From Paraspadella gotoi (Eukaryota; Animalia; Chaetognatha), in NCBI GenBank assembly GCA_051294375.1, contig CM119267.1, forward strand, positions 1-47,876: DNA of 47,876 nucleotides. Reading direction: 5' to 3'. The position numbers and the translations under genes were made by a program. The notes under the pieces were generated by a model, which saw nothing but the letters and a program-made list of their open reading frames with translations, was not told where the DNA came from and did no database searches. Positions 46,841 to 47,876 of the stretch are shown one piece after another (positions within the stretch are counted from its first letter, which is position 1; every line of letters begins with the position of its first letter).

Positions 46841-47876
46841 TTTAACTCAAAAGATGAGGTTTTTTTCCATTTTGATCACATAACGATTACGTTTTGCCAT
46901 TCACGGAGTGACCCTTAGTCTCTCCTTTGATCACCTGACCCATTTCCTTAGTACGTCACGTTATCAGATCGCATGACCTATGCCCCTTTGGATCGCTTGA
47001 CCCGCGTCCCTAAACAGTCACGTGATCAGGTCCCGTCTGAAAATTCGGTCTCACGATTCTCATGATTTTGAGCAGAAGAAACGACAAATGAAAGCAGAAG
47101 ATTTAGTAATTGATGTAGTCATTTAAATAAAAANNNNNNNNNNNNNNNNNNNNNNNNNNNNNNNNNNNNNNNNNNNNNNNNNNNNNNNNNNNNNNNNNNN
47201 NNNNNNNNNNNNNNNNNNNNNNNNNNNNNNNNNNNNNNNNNNNNNNNNNNNNNNNNNNNNNNNNNNNNNNNNNNNNNNNNNNNNNNNNNNNNNNNNNNNN
47301 NNNNNNNNNNNNNNNNNNNNNNNNNNNCCTAAAAAAACTTTAGTTTTAGCGATTTAAAAAAAAAATTATTTATAATATTGATGAAAATATAATATTGTTT
47401 TGTAATAAATCAGTTGAATAATAAGTTTTTTTACTTATCTTTAATAAAAGCTGATACAACATTACTCTTTTATTACATAATTAATTATTACTTAATTAAA
47501 TCAATTTTTATTTTTATTTTAATTTTTGTTATTCTAACATCGCAATAGTTTGGCCACAAAGTCGCCTACATAAATTGCCGCCATTTGACGCTTCAGCGAC
47601 TTTGGCCACTTCAAATCATTTTCCAATCAAGGGATCTTGAGGCCATCGTAAGGCCAATTGACCAGAGCAGATGCCAGAAGGGATCTTGAGGCCGTAAGGA
47701 AGAATAGAGATAAATTGAAATTTGGAATAAAAAAATGAATAGCTCAGTTGAATAATTTAAAAGATACGTTCTTACTTCTTAATTTTTCTTTGTTTATTTT
47801 TTTTAAATATTTTTTTATTTATATTTTTTTGGTTTCGTTTCTCTGTTTTTTGTTTTTTCCCATCGAAAAAAAAAAA

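Overview
This is an AT-rich eukaryotic window, most likely from an invertebrate animal. It has N-gaps, long (GA)n/(TC)n microsatellites and indel-rich stretches that look like unpolished long-read sequence, so most short ORFs in the track are microsatellite artefacts. Host genes: two tandem minus-strand copies of an XK-related (XKR-like) multi-pass membrane protein gene (about 16.9-24.2 kb, TE-disrupted, and about 36.0-45.1 kb) plus a noisy inverted 3' fragment; a probable small secreted acidic Asp-Ala-repeat protein gene (3.1 to 2.1 kb); and an isolated CUB-like exon. Much of the remainder is nested mobile DNA. The main elements are: (1) a miniature LTR element with TG..CA LTRs, PBS and PPT whose LTRs carry a tRNA-like Pol III promoter (Helenus-like TRIM); (2) a 4.1-kb Transib-like element inserted into that LTR, with RSS-like bipartite ends, a 5-bp TSD and unidentified exon-like cargo; (3) two unrelated Penelope-type insertions, each made of inverted arms with a minimal hammerhead ribozyme on each strand and a 12-13 bp TSD; (4) DINE-1/HINE-like Helentron derivatives; (5) a hAT-like MITE family, a Tc1/mariner-like insertion, a LINE 3' fragment, a Helitron-like tandem array and large inverted duplications. 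All calls come from reading the sequence by eye with no database searches, and coordinates are approximate to a few bases.
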